64,000 nt of DNA from Octopus vulgaris (Eukaryota): assembly GCA_951406725.2 (NCBI GenBank), contig OX597822.1, forward strand, positions 8,928,001-8,992,000, written 5' to 3'. Each line of letters begins with the position of its first letter. Position 1 is the stretch's first letter. Of the stretch, positions 15,241 through 29,576 are shown in pieces. The translations under genes and the position numbers were made by a program. A model generated the notes under the pieces. That model was not told where the DNA came from. It saw only the letters and a list, made by a program, of their open reading frames with translations, and did not search any database.

Positions 15241-15917
15241 ATCACTTTACAGTTTGTTGTGCTTTTTATATTTTGAAGAATACTTTGCAAAAGAAGGCGC
15301 AGAACAGAAAGACTGGTGGTAGATAAAGGGCAAATTATTAGAAACAGAAGGAAAACGATGGGAAAAATCTTCAGAAAGTTGGTGCGGGAATTGGTGTAAG
15401 ACGGAATGTGTTGGTGGTGGTGTTCAAGCGAGTGGGAGCTTGACTGAGGCAATAGAGTTAAGTTTGAATGAAGAGCGATGAAATGTAAAGTGCGGCAAAG
15501 AAAGAAGCCGGGGACTGTGTCGGTGATGTGACAAGATAAAGGAGGAAACGATGGGACAACTTGAAAGCTGATTCGAGAAGATTTTGCTGTAAGTGTTACA
15601 GGAAGAGAAGGATAGAAGATGGGGGATGTGTGACAAGAAAAATGGAAAAGTCAGTTCGGTTGTGTGAGAGAAAGCGCGGAATAGACATCATGATAAATGA
15701 TGGCTGATCTTATCGATTTCATATTTTATTTGTTTGTTTTAGTATACTTATGTTTCCTTGTTTTCTTGACACAGATAACTTTTTTCTTTATTGTCTCTTT
15801 TCGGTGTAGCCAACTCCAGTATTCAAGTTGGTATTAAAGATGGTGCTGAAGTTGAAGCTGAATGTGGTCAGCGTAAGCTGTATCAGAAAACGAATTTATA
15901 CGCATCCATATATATAC

Positions 15918-16044
<127 letters not shown>

Positions 16045-16145
16045 TAAGAAAAGGATAGAGGAGAATTTCGATTATCTCCACGTGGTGAGTTTTAAGGCAA
16101 TTATGTAATATATAAAGAGAAGTAAAATGCGCACAGTTTACATAG

Positions 16146-16220
<75 letters not shown>

Positions 16221-16228
16221 GTGTGTGT

Positions 16229-16500
16229 GTGTGGAGGTACAATGGCCTAGTGGTTAGGGCAGCGGACTCGCGGTCGTAGGATGGCGGTTTCGATTCTCAG
16301 ACCGGACGTTGTGAGTGTTTATTGAGCGAAAGCACCTAAAATCTCCACGAGGCTCCGGCTGTACTCTTTCACCACTCTTTTTTCTGTTGGCCTGCTCGCT
16401 TACCCAGCGAGGTGGCGTCATTCGAAGGCTAAAACAATGCGAACGCATTGTGACCATCGATGTGTAACTACATCTGATGGACTGGTCGATCAGGTGATGG
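16229..16500 (+). mobile_element. tRNA-derived SINE family B head with tail type 1
   Basis: A box TGGCCTAGTGG and B box GGTTTCGATTC; head shared with 60151-60542 and 62645-63036; tail shared with 55118-55236. Confidence 0.85.
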
Positions 16501-16524
16501 TGATGATGATGGATATATATATAT

Positions 16525-17558
16525 ATATATTGTATGTAAAAGAGTATTGTGCTTGTCGACCGGCTTCGCCTTTGCTAATCAAGACCTTGAAATTATTGTA
16601 ATTTCGTATTTTCTTGAGATGAGTTTAGTCCATGTTCTTACAAGGAAGTTTGTGAATGAATCAACTTGTAGAAAATTCTAAGGGAAGTAATTGATGATCG
16701 TTATTATTCGGGACAGGGGAGGTAATTGCTCATTTCTTTGTTGGGGTTAGATAAATAAATATTCAAAAACCCCAAAGCTAAACTTGTGAGATGAAATATG
16801 TACAGTGATGTGTATGTAATTATGAATTAAAATATATACTGAGACCTAACTCGTTTATGCGTTAATATTTAGGCGTGCTCTCCCTATGTGTTCACTCAAA
16901 GGAATCTATTTGTATTTTGGGAAACAGATTTGTTCCTTAGTGTTTTAAAGCCTAATTTCTTGATACACTGAATTTCATCATCTATAAGTGAGGGTGTATA
17001 TTGTCTCTCTGTTGTTGTTCTGAGGTCTTGAAAACAGAGGTCCCGAGTATTTCCATCAGACACTATTGTGTAAATCTTCTTCGCTAAATTAAAGAGGATA
17101 TTGCTTTTGATGTGCTTCAGATAGCATACACTAAACAGAAGATACTGCTTCGTGTCAGTTTTCCCCATCTACCAGTGCAAAGAAACAATTTCTGTACGGA
17201 ACATTTAGATAAAGAAAATTAATTTATCAAAAAATACAGAACATGCCTAAATATGAAGGAATAACCAAATTTGGTCTCAGTATATAATTTCATACATGAT
17301 GACATACCCATCAATGTACATATTTCATTTCACTACTTTTCCTTTGAGTTTTTGTATATTTATTTCTAGTCACGAAGAAATTACGGTCACTAATTACCTC
17401 CCCTTAGATGTTTCTACTTGTCGATTCATTCACAAACGTCTTTCCCAGAACATGGACTAAGATCTTAAGAAAATACGAAATTACAGTAATTTCAATGCCA
17501 TGATTAGCGAATGTGAAACCGCTCAACAAACACAATACACTTTCACGCATAAAATATA
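16525..17558. mobile_element. Element bounded by ~190-bp diverged inverted repeats (16525-16716 / 17366-17558)
   Basis: ttgaaattattgtaatttcgtattttcttgagat...agtccatgttct...tttgtgaatgaatc matches the reverse complement of gattcattcacaaa...agaacatggact...aagaaaatacgaaattacagtaatttcaa. Confidence 0.75.
16896..17165 (-). pseudogene. Penelope-like RT thumb/linker fragment
   Basis: KTDTKQYLLFSVCYLKHIKSNILFNLAKKIYTIVSDGNTRD..YTPSLIDD aligns with the same region of the 56165-57520 ORF. Confidence 0.85.
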
Positions 17559-18794
17559 TTAAAAATAGATTAAAACTGTGAACTGTGTGCACTTTTCTTC
17601 TTTTATTTTACATATGCTGTGCACATGTGTGTGCGCGCGCGTCTGTGTATGCGTATGTGTGTGTGTATGTGACGAAATCTTTTCACAGATATGTGTTAAA
17701 AACACAGTAAATGCCGGAGCGAGACGAAGAGTGCTGCAGTTGTGACTTACTGAGGACGATCGACACGTCTCATCCTTCAATCCTATGCAAAAGTCTGTCA
17801 GTTGCCGAGAGGCAATGCTTGCATCTATATACACGAAACTGCGTGTAATACATTTAGTTATCACAGAAAACTGGCCGGGCTTTAAAAAACACCGTGAATG
17901 CAATTGAAGCGGTGTTTAATTAAAATCAAAATACATGTATCATGCAAAGTTTAAAATCAACGTTGAAGAACATAATGCTCTGGTTGTAGGCATACAAAAT
18001 ATACCAATATGGACATGTTGAGTTCAAAACATAAAATGTATCGGGGTGAGACAAACATCTTCGCAACACTGACTCACAAGGACAGAGGCATGATGACCTA
18101 CTTGGGGCTTATCAATTTAATACATCAACTTTTTCCTTGCATAGACGACAGGCTAAATTCGATATATGGGAAATAGTGAACAATGCACTAATAGGGCCCA
18201 CTGGTATCTCGGAAAGCTAACATGACTGAAAACGCTCTTTGAATGCAATTGAAACAACATTAAATAAAATCCTTTTTAGTATATCATATAATATGTTTAA
18301 TAACTTTTTGATTTAGGCATGCATCTTTATGTTCTATTCTGTAGTATCGTCGAGAGTGGCTGTGTTTTCATCCTTCCGGAATAGGTTAAATAAAGTACCA
18401 GTAAAGTAATTCGGTCGATATTATCAACTATACAGTTTTCCTAATGTGTGTCCTTGTGCTAAATTTGGAAATCAATATCAAATAGTAGCAGACCAAGAGC
18501 AAAAAAGAATAAATAGTAAACTCGGCAAAGACGTAAAACGCTGAAACATCAAACCGCGTAGCAAAATCAATAGCCCTAAATTAACCCAGTGCTATGTAAC
18601 TCGTACTAATTCCAAAACTAATTATATCTAATTATTTCTATTCGATTAATGAAATTCTCTCACTTCCATAATCAACACCTATAAATCCTTTCAACATTAC
18701 GATATTATTCTTTTCATTCCTACATATTTTTAATTTTGCGTTACACAATAACATATAAGCTACTCATTTGTTAATTAGTAAACAAGCTAGGCCG

Positions 18795-18830
<36 letters not shown>

Positions 18831-20726
18831 GTACGTATGTATTTATGTATACAGGTGTACAGCTATCTATCTATATATACATATATACACACATATATAT
18901 GTATGTACATGTGTCTATTTGTATGTATGTGTATGTATAATAACGGTCTTCTGAACAATATTCTTATCACCTAACTACCAGAGCTTCATTAAGGAAAAAT
19001 ATTGGGAAGAACGCTACAGATCGCAAGTACAACACCGTACTTCACGTAATTATTATTTGCCAGAATATGCGATAGAATCCTACGTTAGTCAGAGACTTGA
19101 TACATTTGGATCAGTTTACAGTTGAACGGACATGTCGTTCGATATACTATTTGGATTTCATGAGATCTGTCTGATCGGACGTCAAAGAAGTTGGACGACA
19201 ATGACAGCTCAATATATCTTGCAGTAACTAGATGCTTATTGAAGGTAATTTTAAGACCTGATTTGGATTCTGTAAGACGACTACTTCAATCCATAATGGC
19301 TTCATCTCAGTTTTACCTTCTAAGGATCTTCTCAATAACACTGTCCACTTGTCCTATTATTGCAATCTGTAAGCTTTACTTTTCAATTTTAGATATCCAC
19401 AAATACATGACCGGATCCAGTAATTTTTAGTGCATTATCATTGGGTAACAGAAGAGAATAGAAGACAACAGATGGTTTAGGATGTCCCTCGCAACAATTT
19501 GAATTTCTATTGCTGTTTCGCATGTTTTTCGTTCTACGATGGACTTTGATAATATGAAACATTGCCAACATATTTGCAGATGTATTTTCTAACGACAATT
19601 GCTTTGTTCTTAATTATACACGAATTCTCTATACTTCTGGAAAGCGGTAAACTTCATAATATCAAAGAATATGTGGAACTCGAAACACGGCCCTAGACCT
19701 CCAGTTGAAGAGATCCCTACGCACTACAGGTTCTGTCTAAAACCAACAAAACAACAATTATGACTTTCTCAAATGCACTAAAAGCGTAATTTAAACGAAC
19801 TTTGAAAAGTCAAAAGCTGGTTTTGGTCTCAGTTTATGAGAAACCTCTTTCTTGCTCAAAGTCGTTCGCCATTATGTTTTCATACATTCAAAGTAATCCA
19901 CACTGAAGCAATATAAAGCTTTTATTCAACTAATCTACTCCATTTACATTATTACAATAGATTTCCTCATTCAAAAGCACCAACTAATTTGCATTCTATT
20001 TATTTCCAACACCCATTAATTAAGTCACACCACATCAATCAGTTTATTCAATTCGTTCACAAACGCAAATGCAGTCGTACATATACGCATTCAACTTCAT
20101 GGGAAGTTAGTTTATTCTAAATTCTGGATTCAAGAAAGTTTTGTTCTCTTTTTATTTTACTTCACATGCTACCTGTTTTATATTTTTATGCATTTATTTA
20201 GCTTAGTTTTACGTTAAAGACTATGTTCAGATTTGCTCGGGTTTTACATTTTCAATTGTGTGTTTTCGACATATCTGTTCAATCAAATTATATCTTTGAT
20301 TCTTCTTTTGATTTCTGCTTTTGTGTTATTCTGATCATTGGCTAATGATAGAATGTTTTGCGATGACTTTTACGACATTTAGTTTTATCCCATTAACTTT
20401 TTCTGTTCTAATTCTATCGGCGTCGAATTTTATATTAACAGCAGAAGGGTTTACAGGAATAGGTACCCTTGTGGCGGATTATTCAGTGTCCCCTTTCTAT
20501 CAATTCTATAAGCATTCTGTTTTTGTTTGCTAAAGATGTTATAAATCCATATAACAGAAGCATATTATAAAAACTGTAGAGGGGTTTATCTAAAGCTATT
20601 GTCTCCTTTTTTCCTGTATATAGGAACAAGTAAAGTTTGAAATTCAAAATTGTCTAATAATTAATGTGGAAGTTTTAACTGGAAATATATATGCACATAT
20701 ATCTACATACGAAAGTGCATAAACAC

Positions 20727-20778
<52 letters not shown>

Positions 20779-20780
<2 letters not shown>

Positions 20781-20962
20781 GGGGGGGATTCACAAAAGAA
20801 CAAAAGACGAAGACAGGTGATGTAGACAACAAACAGATGTATTAGTATAACACTCGGGAAGAGGAAAATTCTTTAACGTTTCTACCCTACGCTCTTCCAC
20901 AGGAAGGAAGACAGAAAAAATAACAAGGAGAGAAAATAAAGAATGTGTAGTGGCTAGCGATC

Positions 20963-20966
<4 letters not shown>
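20779..20966 (-). mobile_element. Short (TA)n-embedded element carrying a degenerate minimal hammerhead motif (20870-20907)
   Basis: Homologous to 57618-57830; minus strand reads CCTTC CTGTGGA A GAGC GTAG GGTA GAAACGTT AAAGA; (TA)n on both sides. Confidence 0.65.
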
Positions 20967-21043
<77 letters not shown>

Positions 21044-21047
<4 letters not shown>

Positions 21048-21453
21048 CGCAGGAGTGGCTGTGTGGTAAGTAGCTAATTTATCAACCACATGTTTCCGGG
21101 TTCAGACCCACTGCGTGGCACCTTGGGCAAGTGTCTTCTACTATAGCCTCGGGCCGACCAAAGTCTTGTGAGTGGATTTAGTAGACGGCAACTGAAAGAA
21201 GCCTGTCGTATATATGTATATATATATGTGTTTGTGTGCGTGTGTTTGTGTGTCTGTGTTTGTCCCCCTAGCATTGCTTGACAACCGATGCTGGTATGTT
21301 TATGTCCCCGTTACTTAGCGGTTCGGCAAAAGAGACCGATAGAATAAGTACTGGGCTTACAAAGAATAAGTCACGGTGTCGAGTTGGTCGATTAAAAGCG
21401 GTGCTCCAGCATGGCCGCAGTCAATTGACTGAAACAAGCAAAAGAGTAAAAGA

Positions 21454-21455
<2 letters not shown>
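21044..21455 (+). mobile_element. SINE family A, full length
   Basis: Head aggcgcaggagtggctgtgtggtaag...gggttcagaccc and tail aagagtaaaagagt. Confidence 0.9.
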
Positions 21456-21502
<47 letters not shown>

Positions 21503-21508
<6 letters not shown>

Positions 21509-21880
21509 CGCAGTCAAATGACTGAAACAAGTACAAGAATGAAAGAATAAAAACATCTATGTGTGTGTGTACTACATACATATATATTTACACCCATATA
21601 GATACATATATATACATATATATATATATATGTGTGTACTACATACATATATATTTACACCCATATAGATACATATATATATACAAGTACAAGAATGAAA
21701 GAATAAAAACATCTATCTGTGTGTGTACTACATATATATATAGTTACACCCATATAGATACATATATATACATATATATTTACACCCATATAGATACATA
21801 TATATACATAGAATAAAAACATCTATGTGTGTGTGTACTACATACATATATATTTACACCCATATAGATACATATATACT
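21503..21880 (+). repeat. Irregular minisatellite beginning with a duplicated SINE A tail
   Basis: Repeated blocks (acaagtacaagaatgaa)agaataaaaacatctatgtgtgtgtgtactacat...tttacacccatatagatacat. Confidence 0.8.
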
Positions 21881-22048
21881 TGAGAGTCACTGTTTGAGTT
21901 GCATAATAGTGGGTTTATCTCTAATTTATATTTTATCTATTTATAATGTGAAATTTTATTTAGTAATAAATTGAATTCTTCCTTGTAAATTTGGAGTTAT
22001 ACTCCCTTATATTATTATTATACACACACACACACACACAAATATATA

Positions 22049-22887
22049 TCTATATATATAAAACTAAACTTGTATGTCTGTGTGTGTATCCGTGTGTGTG
22101 TGTCTGTGTGTTTAACTTCCCGGCACATCTCTTCCTAGCCAACAAATCGTAGAACCACCAAAAAATGGGTCACTTAAAGTTTAGGCGAATGAAAATTGAA
22201 CTGCGCTATTTCTGTTCCGAAATTCATCTCGCAAGTGCAAAAATCGATAATGTGTTTGTTTAGGCCTTATCCCATGCATTGAATAGTGAACTTTACTCAG
22301 TCAGCTGTTTGACGTGAACTGTGTTCACCACGCGTGCAAGCATGCGTAAATTGCATGAAAAATAAAAAATCAAGATATAAAAACGAATCGCCGTAAACAT
22401 TGTAGAAATTCGGCAAAGAAATGAATTTTCGGGATGTAGCCTGGAGGGTTTTTTCGTATTAATCGTTTGGACTTTGTGAACACATACCAATTGTTTTCAT
22501 AACATTTTTAACGCTTTGAATTAAATGTGACCATTTTGCGTTGAGTCTGCAGTTTGAATCACTTTAACCAAATTTTAGCAGGCCGGATTTTTGATCATCA
22601 CGATACATCGCCAGCGACTCCCTGAAACTCTCCCCTGAAATCCCCGTTGAGAAATACTGTCCTAAAAGAATAATTCAACAATGCAATTATTTGATCAACA
22701 AAAATTTATGAAATGCTTCTACGTACTTCCTATTGAGGAAATGGAACACATAAGCGCAAAATTAAAGGGCATTAAATGCTTGATTTTAAAACCCAAATAA
22801 TTGAATTTTGATTGAACTTCATCCAAGTTTAGCTTAATTCGCGCGTGCATAGAACGCACGAGCGCACGAGCCGGGCAATACTGCTAG
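22049..22887 (+). mobile_element. Non-autonomous Helitron-like element
   Basis: A|TCTATATATATAAAA start followed by GT-rich repeats; ends gccgggcaatactgCTAG|T, nearly identical to the end of 51953-52346. Confidence 0.75.
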
Positions 22888-22997
<110 letters not shown>

Positions 22998-23948
22998 ATG
23001 CACACATACACATATATATGTATGTATATAGGTATCTATGTATAAAGGTGTACACCCACACACACTCATATATGCATATATATATACATACACATTTATG
23101 TGTACATATTTCTCTATAATGCATGCATTTATGGATGTGCGTATACCACTAATAAATAGGTGTTGATGCGTTCACTCCGGTTAAATCTCTTCACTATAAA
23201 GATCAACATTGTAAATCGTAGTCAAGTTCATATATCTCTGCTAATGTTGTATTGGACAAACTCCCTTCAAGGTACGACAATGATGTTGCTTCGGAAACTG
23301 GTTGGTACCATACCATTGGTGTCTTTGTTAGTTAATCACTATCATAGATGTGAGATGACAGACCTAGGGGTAAAGACCCTTCTCGCACGATTATCTTACC
23401 TATTGTTTTCAAACATTGAATATCCACACTGCGGCATTTTTTTGTTATTTCCTACGCAATGTGCCTGAATTTTATCAGTTGATTCATGACTATTAGGAAA
23501 CGATTAGTCATTCCCTACCTGCGATCTGGCCTAACTTTTTTCTTCAGAGCCTTCAAAACTGTAGGACGAACGGCAGGAGGTGTTCTGAAAGAGATTCACC
23601 CAGAAAATGTTGCAACAAGAGTGAAAATCCATTGAAAGTGGTTTTAATCGACCGTCAGATTTTTTAAGTCTACAACCAGAATCAGAAAGGAAAACGTCGG
23701 ATGAAATATTGTACGGCAGCTTCATTGACACGAGTAAAATTGTACCAGTCCGTCGCTCTGAAGTTGAATTTTATTTTAACGACATAGAAAGGATAAAAGA
23801 GAAAGATAATATGGGTGGAACATGAACTCAACGCACAGAGGACTGATACGAGAGGAATCCGTCAAAGGTGCCTAAATCACTGGTTGTGCTCTTCAAATTG
23901 GTAATAGGTATAATCTGACTTCTATTTCTGGAAGATCAATTTTCATTC

Positions 23949-24173
23949 ATGTGAAGTATATTTGCCACTTAAATGTGGCTAACTACTAAGGGTGGATTAT
24001 ACTGTAGCTTGTAGCCCAAGGAGAACATCTTCTCCAGCTGGCTATTGGCTATTGACACACTTTCTGTCAATAGCCAATAGCCAGCTGGAGAAGTTGTTCT
24101 CCTTGGGCTACAAGCTACAGTATAATCCACCCTTAGTGGTTAGCTAGATTTAAGTGGCAAATATCCTTCACAT
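23949..24173. repeat. Long fold-back repeat: ~109-bp arms, 7-nt loop
   Basis: 23949-24057 is the near-exact reverse complement of 24065-24173. Confidence 0.95.
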
Positions 24174-24448
24174 TGTCGTGCAGCTACTGTTTATACCTCG
24201 TTCAAAGATTTATTATTAATTTTCATTCAGTTAACCAATAATGAACTTGCAAGATGCATCCATAACCGTACCAGTTCAAGTCGCAAAATATAGAACTACC
24301 ACAATTCTCTTTTCCTGTTTCGAGTGGATTATATCTTACTTCTAAAATTTATGTTTATTCCAACATTTCCAAGGTGACTGTTGGGTTTTTAACTTTGTCG
24401 CTCATCTACATGCTTCTGCTTTTCATTCTGGCATTTATTTATTTATAT

Positions 24449-24836
24449 ACTCTTTTACTCTTTTACTTGTTTCAGTCATTTGACTGCGGCCATGCTGGAG
24501 CAATGCCTTTAATCGGGACTTATTCTTTTGTAAGCCCAGTACTTATTCTATCGGTATCTTTTACCGAACCGCTAAGTAACGGGGACATAAACACACCAGC
24601 ATCGGTTGTCAAGCAATGCTAGGGGACAAATACAGACACACAAACACACACACGCATATATATATATATATACGACGGGCTTCTTTCAGATTCCGTCTAC
24701 CAAATCCACTCACAAGGCTTTGGTCGGCCCGAGGCTATAGTAGAAGACACTTGCCCAAGGTGCTACGCAGTGAGACTGAACCCGGAGCCATGTGGTTGGT
24801 AGACAAGCTACTTACCACACAGCCACTCCTGCGCCT
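24449..24836 (-). mobile_element. SINE family A, full length
   Basis: Colinear with the other family A copies. Confidence 0.9.
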
Positions 24837-25470
24837 ATAAAATATACTTATTTATTTATGTCATTTATTTATGTGTTTCCCATTTATCATTTTTACGTTT
24901 CCTGAAGTTGTTGTCAGCATTGGGTGAATGTTTGTCCAAACGTTCAAACATCTGCCGATATCGCTACTGCTATTGTTGTTCTTGTAATTGTTCAGGTTTT
25001 CATTTGTACTGAATTTACTTGTTCGTGCTGTTATTACAGAGTTCGTTTTTTTTTCTTGTCACATATGATTTTGTGTCTATCGTGTACTTGTCTCTATTGT
25101 GGTTAGTCTTCTTACTGTTGCGAGTGTTACTATAATGGGTTTCCTGAAATACTGAATTATATTTCAACAGAATGGGTTTGTTGAAAGAAATTTTTATGAA
25201 GAATTATAAAACTTTGCAAACAATACTATGTTGATTTACAAAGGAATCGAAGGTGAAATGACAATAGGTAAAGATACATAGATAAAGACATAAATGCACA
25301 GAGAGATCGATTGATGCATAGCATTACAGGACACAGTCACACATGTATTTACAGACAAAGCACCTCTCTTTCTCTTTATCTCTGTCTCACTGTCTCTATC
25401 TCTCACACTCTGTGTATGCATGTGAGTATAAATGCAAATATATAGATAAGTATGCATATACATGTATCTG

Positions 25471-25543
<73 letters not shown>

Positions 25544-25681
25544 TACATACATAATATACATACATACTTATACATATACATGCATACATACATATACATA
25601 TATAAACCTCTTATGGAAAATTACGAAGTAGATTGTTGAACTATGGCAAAATAAGAATGATAGAGAAATACAGAGAAAGAA

Positions 25682-25720
<39 letters not shown>

Positions 25721-26311
25721 AAGAAAGACAGAGAGAGGTGTATAGCTGGAGGATTAACTAATAGAGAAACAAGATAGAGGAGTGTCAGTATGAGAGCATT
25801 ATGAATCAGACCGAAGCTTGAAGCAATGAGTTGGAACTAATTGAAACACAGATGATGTCGAAATATTTAACGTATATTAGATATGTTAGAACTAGAATTA
25901 CGTTTTATAATTGTGTTTAGCTAAAATCGTATGCATTTAGTTAATAAAAGACACAGGATTTACTTAGAGTATGCTCTTGAATAAACAATGATACTTCAAT
26001 GACGTAACGAAAATATTATTTTTCTATCCAGAGAGATAATATCTGCGTGCTAAACATAACAGTCAAATCATTCTCGCATCTAATTCTACTCACTTACAAG
26101 AATTGGAGTGATATATATAAAAACGGATTGCTGATAAAGCGTTCGAGGTCTTAAAATCTATAGCTGGGTGATTAAGAGGTTTGATTCGCAACCCGGCCGT
26201 TTCGGTTTTAGTTCAACTACGCTCTAGTTTTGTTAAATCCTGTGTACTATTTCTTCGGACCTATAACGTTTTGTAGGAGTATTTTATTGGCAGAAGCCTC
26301 GTCATATTTAC

Positions 26312-26362
<51 letters not shown>

Positions 26363-26370
26363 ATATTGCC

Positions 26371-26414
<44 letters not shown>

Positions 26415-27072
26415 GGGCTGCGTCTGCGCAGTAGATTTTGAAAACATTAGGATGTATAAACAAGAAGCACATAGTTGATCGCCTCGTGTTTATATATTTA
26501 ATCTAAGGTGTACCTGTTGAGAACGATTTCACCTAGCGGGTAAATGTTATTTACTTGCTAAACTAAAATCACAAACCAATTGGTCCAGGAAAATTGATGG
26601 TAAAATGTTTTTATTTTTTTCATTTCGTTCCTGTCGAATTTTATCCCTAATTTTGTGGTTATGGAACGTAGCTGTTCTTTCTAGCGTATTGAAGAGTGTA
26701 TTCCTTATGTGCTTAAATGTACACTGTATTTTATAACTAATACATAGTCTTTGGACTAAATTTTTACAAGTTAGGCCACTGGAAATGAAAATTTCTATTA
26801 ATTTCCATTTCCCTTTGATTAAATATATATATATATAAACTTAGATAAAACTTAGATATGTTTCGACCAGAGATTGGTCCAGGCCATGTCTAACTTAATA
26901 GCACCACCTGATAGGATTATTCGAATCCTGTTTAAGTCAAGTTTTGTTCAAGTAGTGAGTTCTTGTTGGGTGAGTTGTATCCAGTTTTGTTCAAGTAGTG
27001 AGTTCTTGTTGGGTGAGTTGTATCCAATTATGGGTGGCTTATCTGGTATTCTTTGAAGGAATCTATCCAGAC

Positions 27073-27125
<53 letters not shown>

Positions 27126-27469
27126 GTACATCTTAAATCATATCTGGAATGAGAACCTCACAACCCACAAATATGCATTTGGAATTTGCTAAAGAACAAT
27201 TTCAAAGCAAATATTTCCAAAAACTAGTTGAAGGCAACTCTATTTATTCTTTCCAGAAGCTTCGAAATAAAACTGATCAAAAATGTACCGAGAAGAACAA
27301 GGAAAACGCAGAGAAAGGACGTTTGTGAAAAAATCTAAATAGAATTTCAATAATTGCGACCTAGGTAGGTACAAATGAAGAAAAGGTCAAATTTGTGGAT
27401 GAAAGAATGGAATTGGAAATTTCAAAGAAGACTTAGGCCTACTAAATCCACTCGGCAATATAGTTAACA

Positions 27470-27730
27470 AGGATTCGATAATCACTTCATTTGCTGCAGT
27501 AAATCTTTATAGAACAATCCCATACGAGTACGGACACAGTGCAATAGACCTTTGCCGAAGGAAATTCCCTGATGAAACACCGGACGGAATTTCTTCAGAG
27601 GGATTGCATTTTATCCTTTAAACCCAAATTTTTATTTTGGAGATAAAGACAAACCTACAAATATCTGGGACTGCGATGGATACAGAATTTACGCCAGCAT
27701 ACACCAACTCCGTCATAGCATATCTAAAAG
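27470..27730 (+). pseudogene. Degenerate Penelope-like RT fragment (motifs A and B)
   Basis: TSFAAVNLYRTIPYEYG..AI and QISGTAMDTEFTPAYTNSVIAYL correspond to SFDVVNLYSNIPHNLG..AI and QKSGTAMGTRMAPSFANLVIGYL of the PLE ORF. Confidence 0.8.
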
Positions 27731-29511
27731 TTCAGGTGGTGAACAACATTCAACCTTCCACTATCAAGGTTTCTTTTAGTCCAGCCGTTAATACCTTTTT
27801 TCTCTTCGTACAATTTCTGTTTAAAAAAACGCAAAGTAGTGATTTTACGAACTATTCAGAGCCAGTCGTTGTCACTTCAATTGATTTGACTTCTTCCATG
27901 GATGCTTCGGGATAATTTTATCTTATTGTTGGTAATGAAACACTTATCATTTATACCTTATTTCTACTGTTCATGGAGTGGGCTGTAAATATCTCCATGA
28001 TAGAACAATGGTGAGACAACAAGAACCGGCTGCGTTGCGAAAACATCCTGTCATCTTTTCTAGTGAAATTTAGTTCCTACGTTATAGCTAGTGATATGCT
28101 TGTTTTGACTGTTGTGAATGTGTCCTGAATTTATTGAATGTATGAGACTCGGTTGCTATTTATTGTAGGTAGATATCCGCGTAGGAGTTTCATGAGACAG
28201 TTGATGTAGTTGCTAATATTTTGTATTTTCTCCATTCATAAATTGTCACCTGAAAATGCTTCGTTTGCATATCATTGCTTTCTACTATTGAAATTTAATA
28301 AACTTAGACCAAAAGTTACTAGATATCCAGTCATTTATTCATTACAAATTTCTTCGTCCTGTTATAACTATGGTCGATATTTAAATGTAACATCTAGATA
28401 ATGCTAAGGTGGCAATCACAAGATCGTATATCTGAAATAGTGACAGAATTTGAATAGTAAATCTTTCACCTCGATAACATGTAATACGCTTTATTAATTC
28501 AGCTTTGTAAGTATCTCTGAAGTTGAAGAAACTGGTTATGTTGTTGTCAGAGTAACGTTCGTTAACGTGAAATTTGCAGCGTAAATAACGGGCTCTCTTT
28601 GTTGTACTTATATAACTCTGTCGTAGATCTCGAGCAAGGCCCATGATCGGTTTCCCGCCTCTCTGACCCTCCTGGAAAACATAAACAATAAACGGAGTTA
28701 TTCTCTCATTTGAGACGTGGCACGAATGCTTGAACTACCACTAAAATCAATTATTAGCCTGTTGGCAGTTATAGCCCATGAATTAGATTACCGTTATCAA
28801 GAAACAAGAATCCTCAATTACAGGACTTTCCACTCAACATCCGTATACGAAATATAGCTCAAAATATTTTGGTCTACTCAAAGTATTGGTTACAAGATAT
28901 TTTTCAAGGAGGCAGAGTACCACATTTATATTTGATTATACGTAACACGTAACTGACGGATCAACAGATCTTTTGCCGAGATGTACAATATTACATTGTT
29001 ATAAATATTTTATATTTGTTTTCTTTTGTTTTCTTTTGTTTTTGTCTTTGCTTTTTTTTTTAGTCTATAACAAATTACCATTTCAAGATATCAGTTACTA
29101 CATTTTATTGATAAGTCACCGGAAATCTAAGTATTGAATACTAATTACAAATTTTGGTTAACATAAACTACGACTTAATATTATTAATACTGCAGAAAGA
29201 TGCCTCAATCCATTGACTTTCGATTGTTCAAAATTGAATAATAATTGTATGTCTCTATCAATAAACACATCGAAATATTAATATTGCAGGCAAAGTCTAG
29301 AATCTACGTCTATACTGAATTGTGTAACATAGAATTACCAATGACAAACACAATTACCATCAACTTCCATTGCCTATAAGCGCACGCACACACACATACA
29401 CGTACACACACACACACACACCTATACACGCTCTCAACCCCCACCGTATATACGTATATCTATATATAGATATAGATATAGGCAGATAGTTAGATAGATA
29501 GATAGACAGAC

Positions 29512-29576
<65 letters not shown>

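Noticed and set aside
17745-17775. CTGAGGA...GACACGTC hammerhead-like words
   Set aside because: No stem II, no GAAA box and no stem I pairing.
21503-21880. Possible CRISPR-like repeat-spacer array
   Set aside because: Spacers are TA-rich low-complexity sequence, units are irregular, the context is eukaryotic and no cas genes are present.
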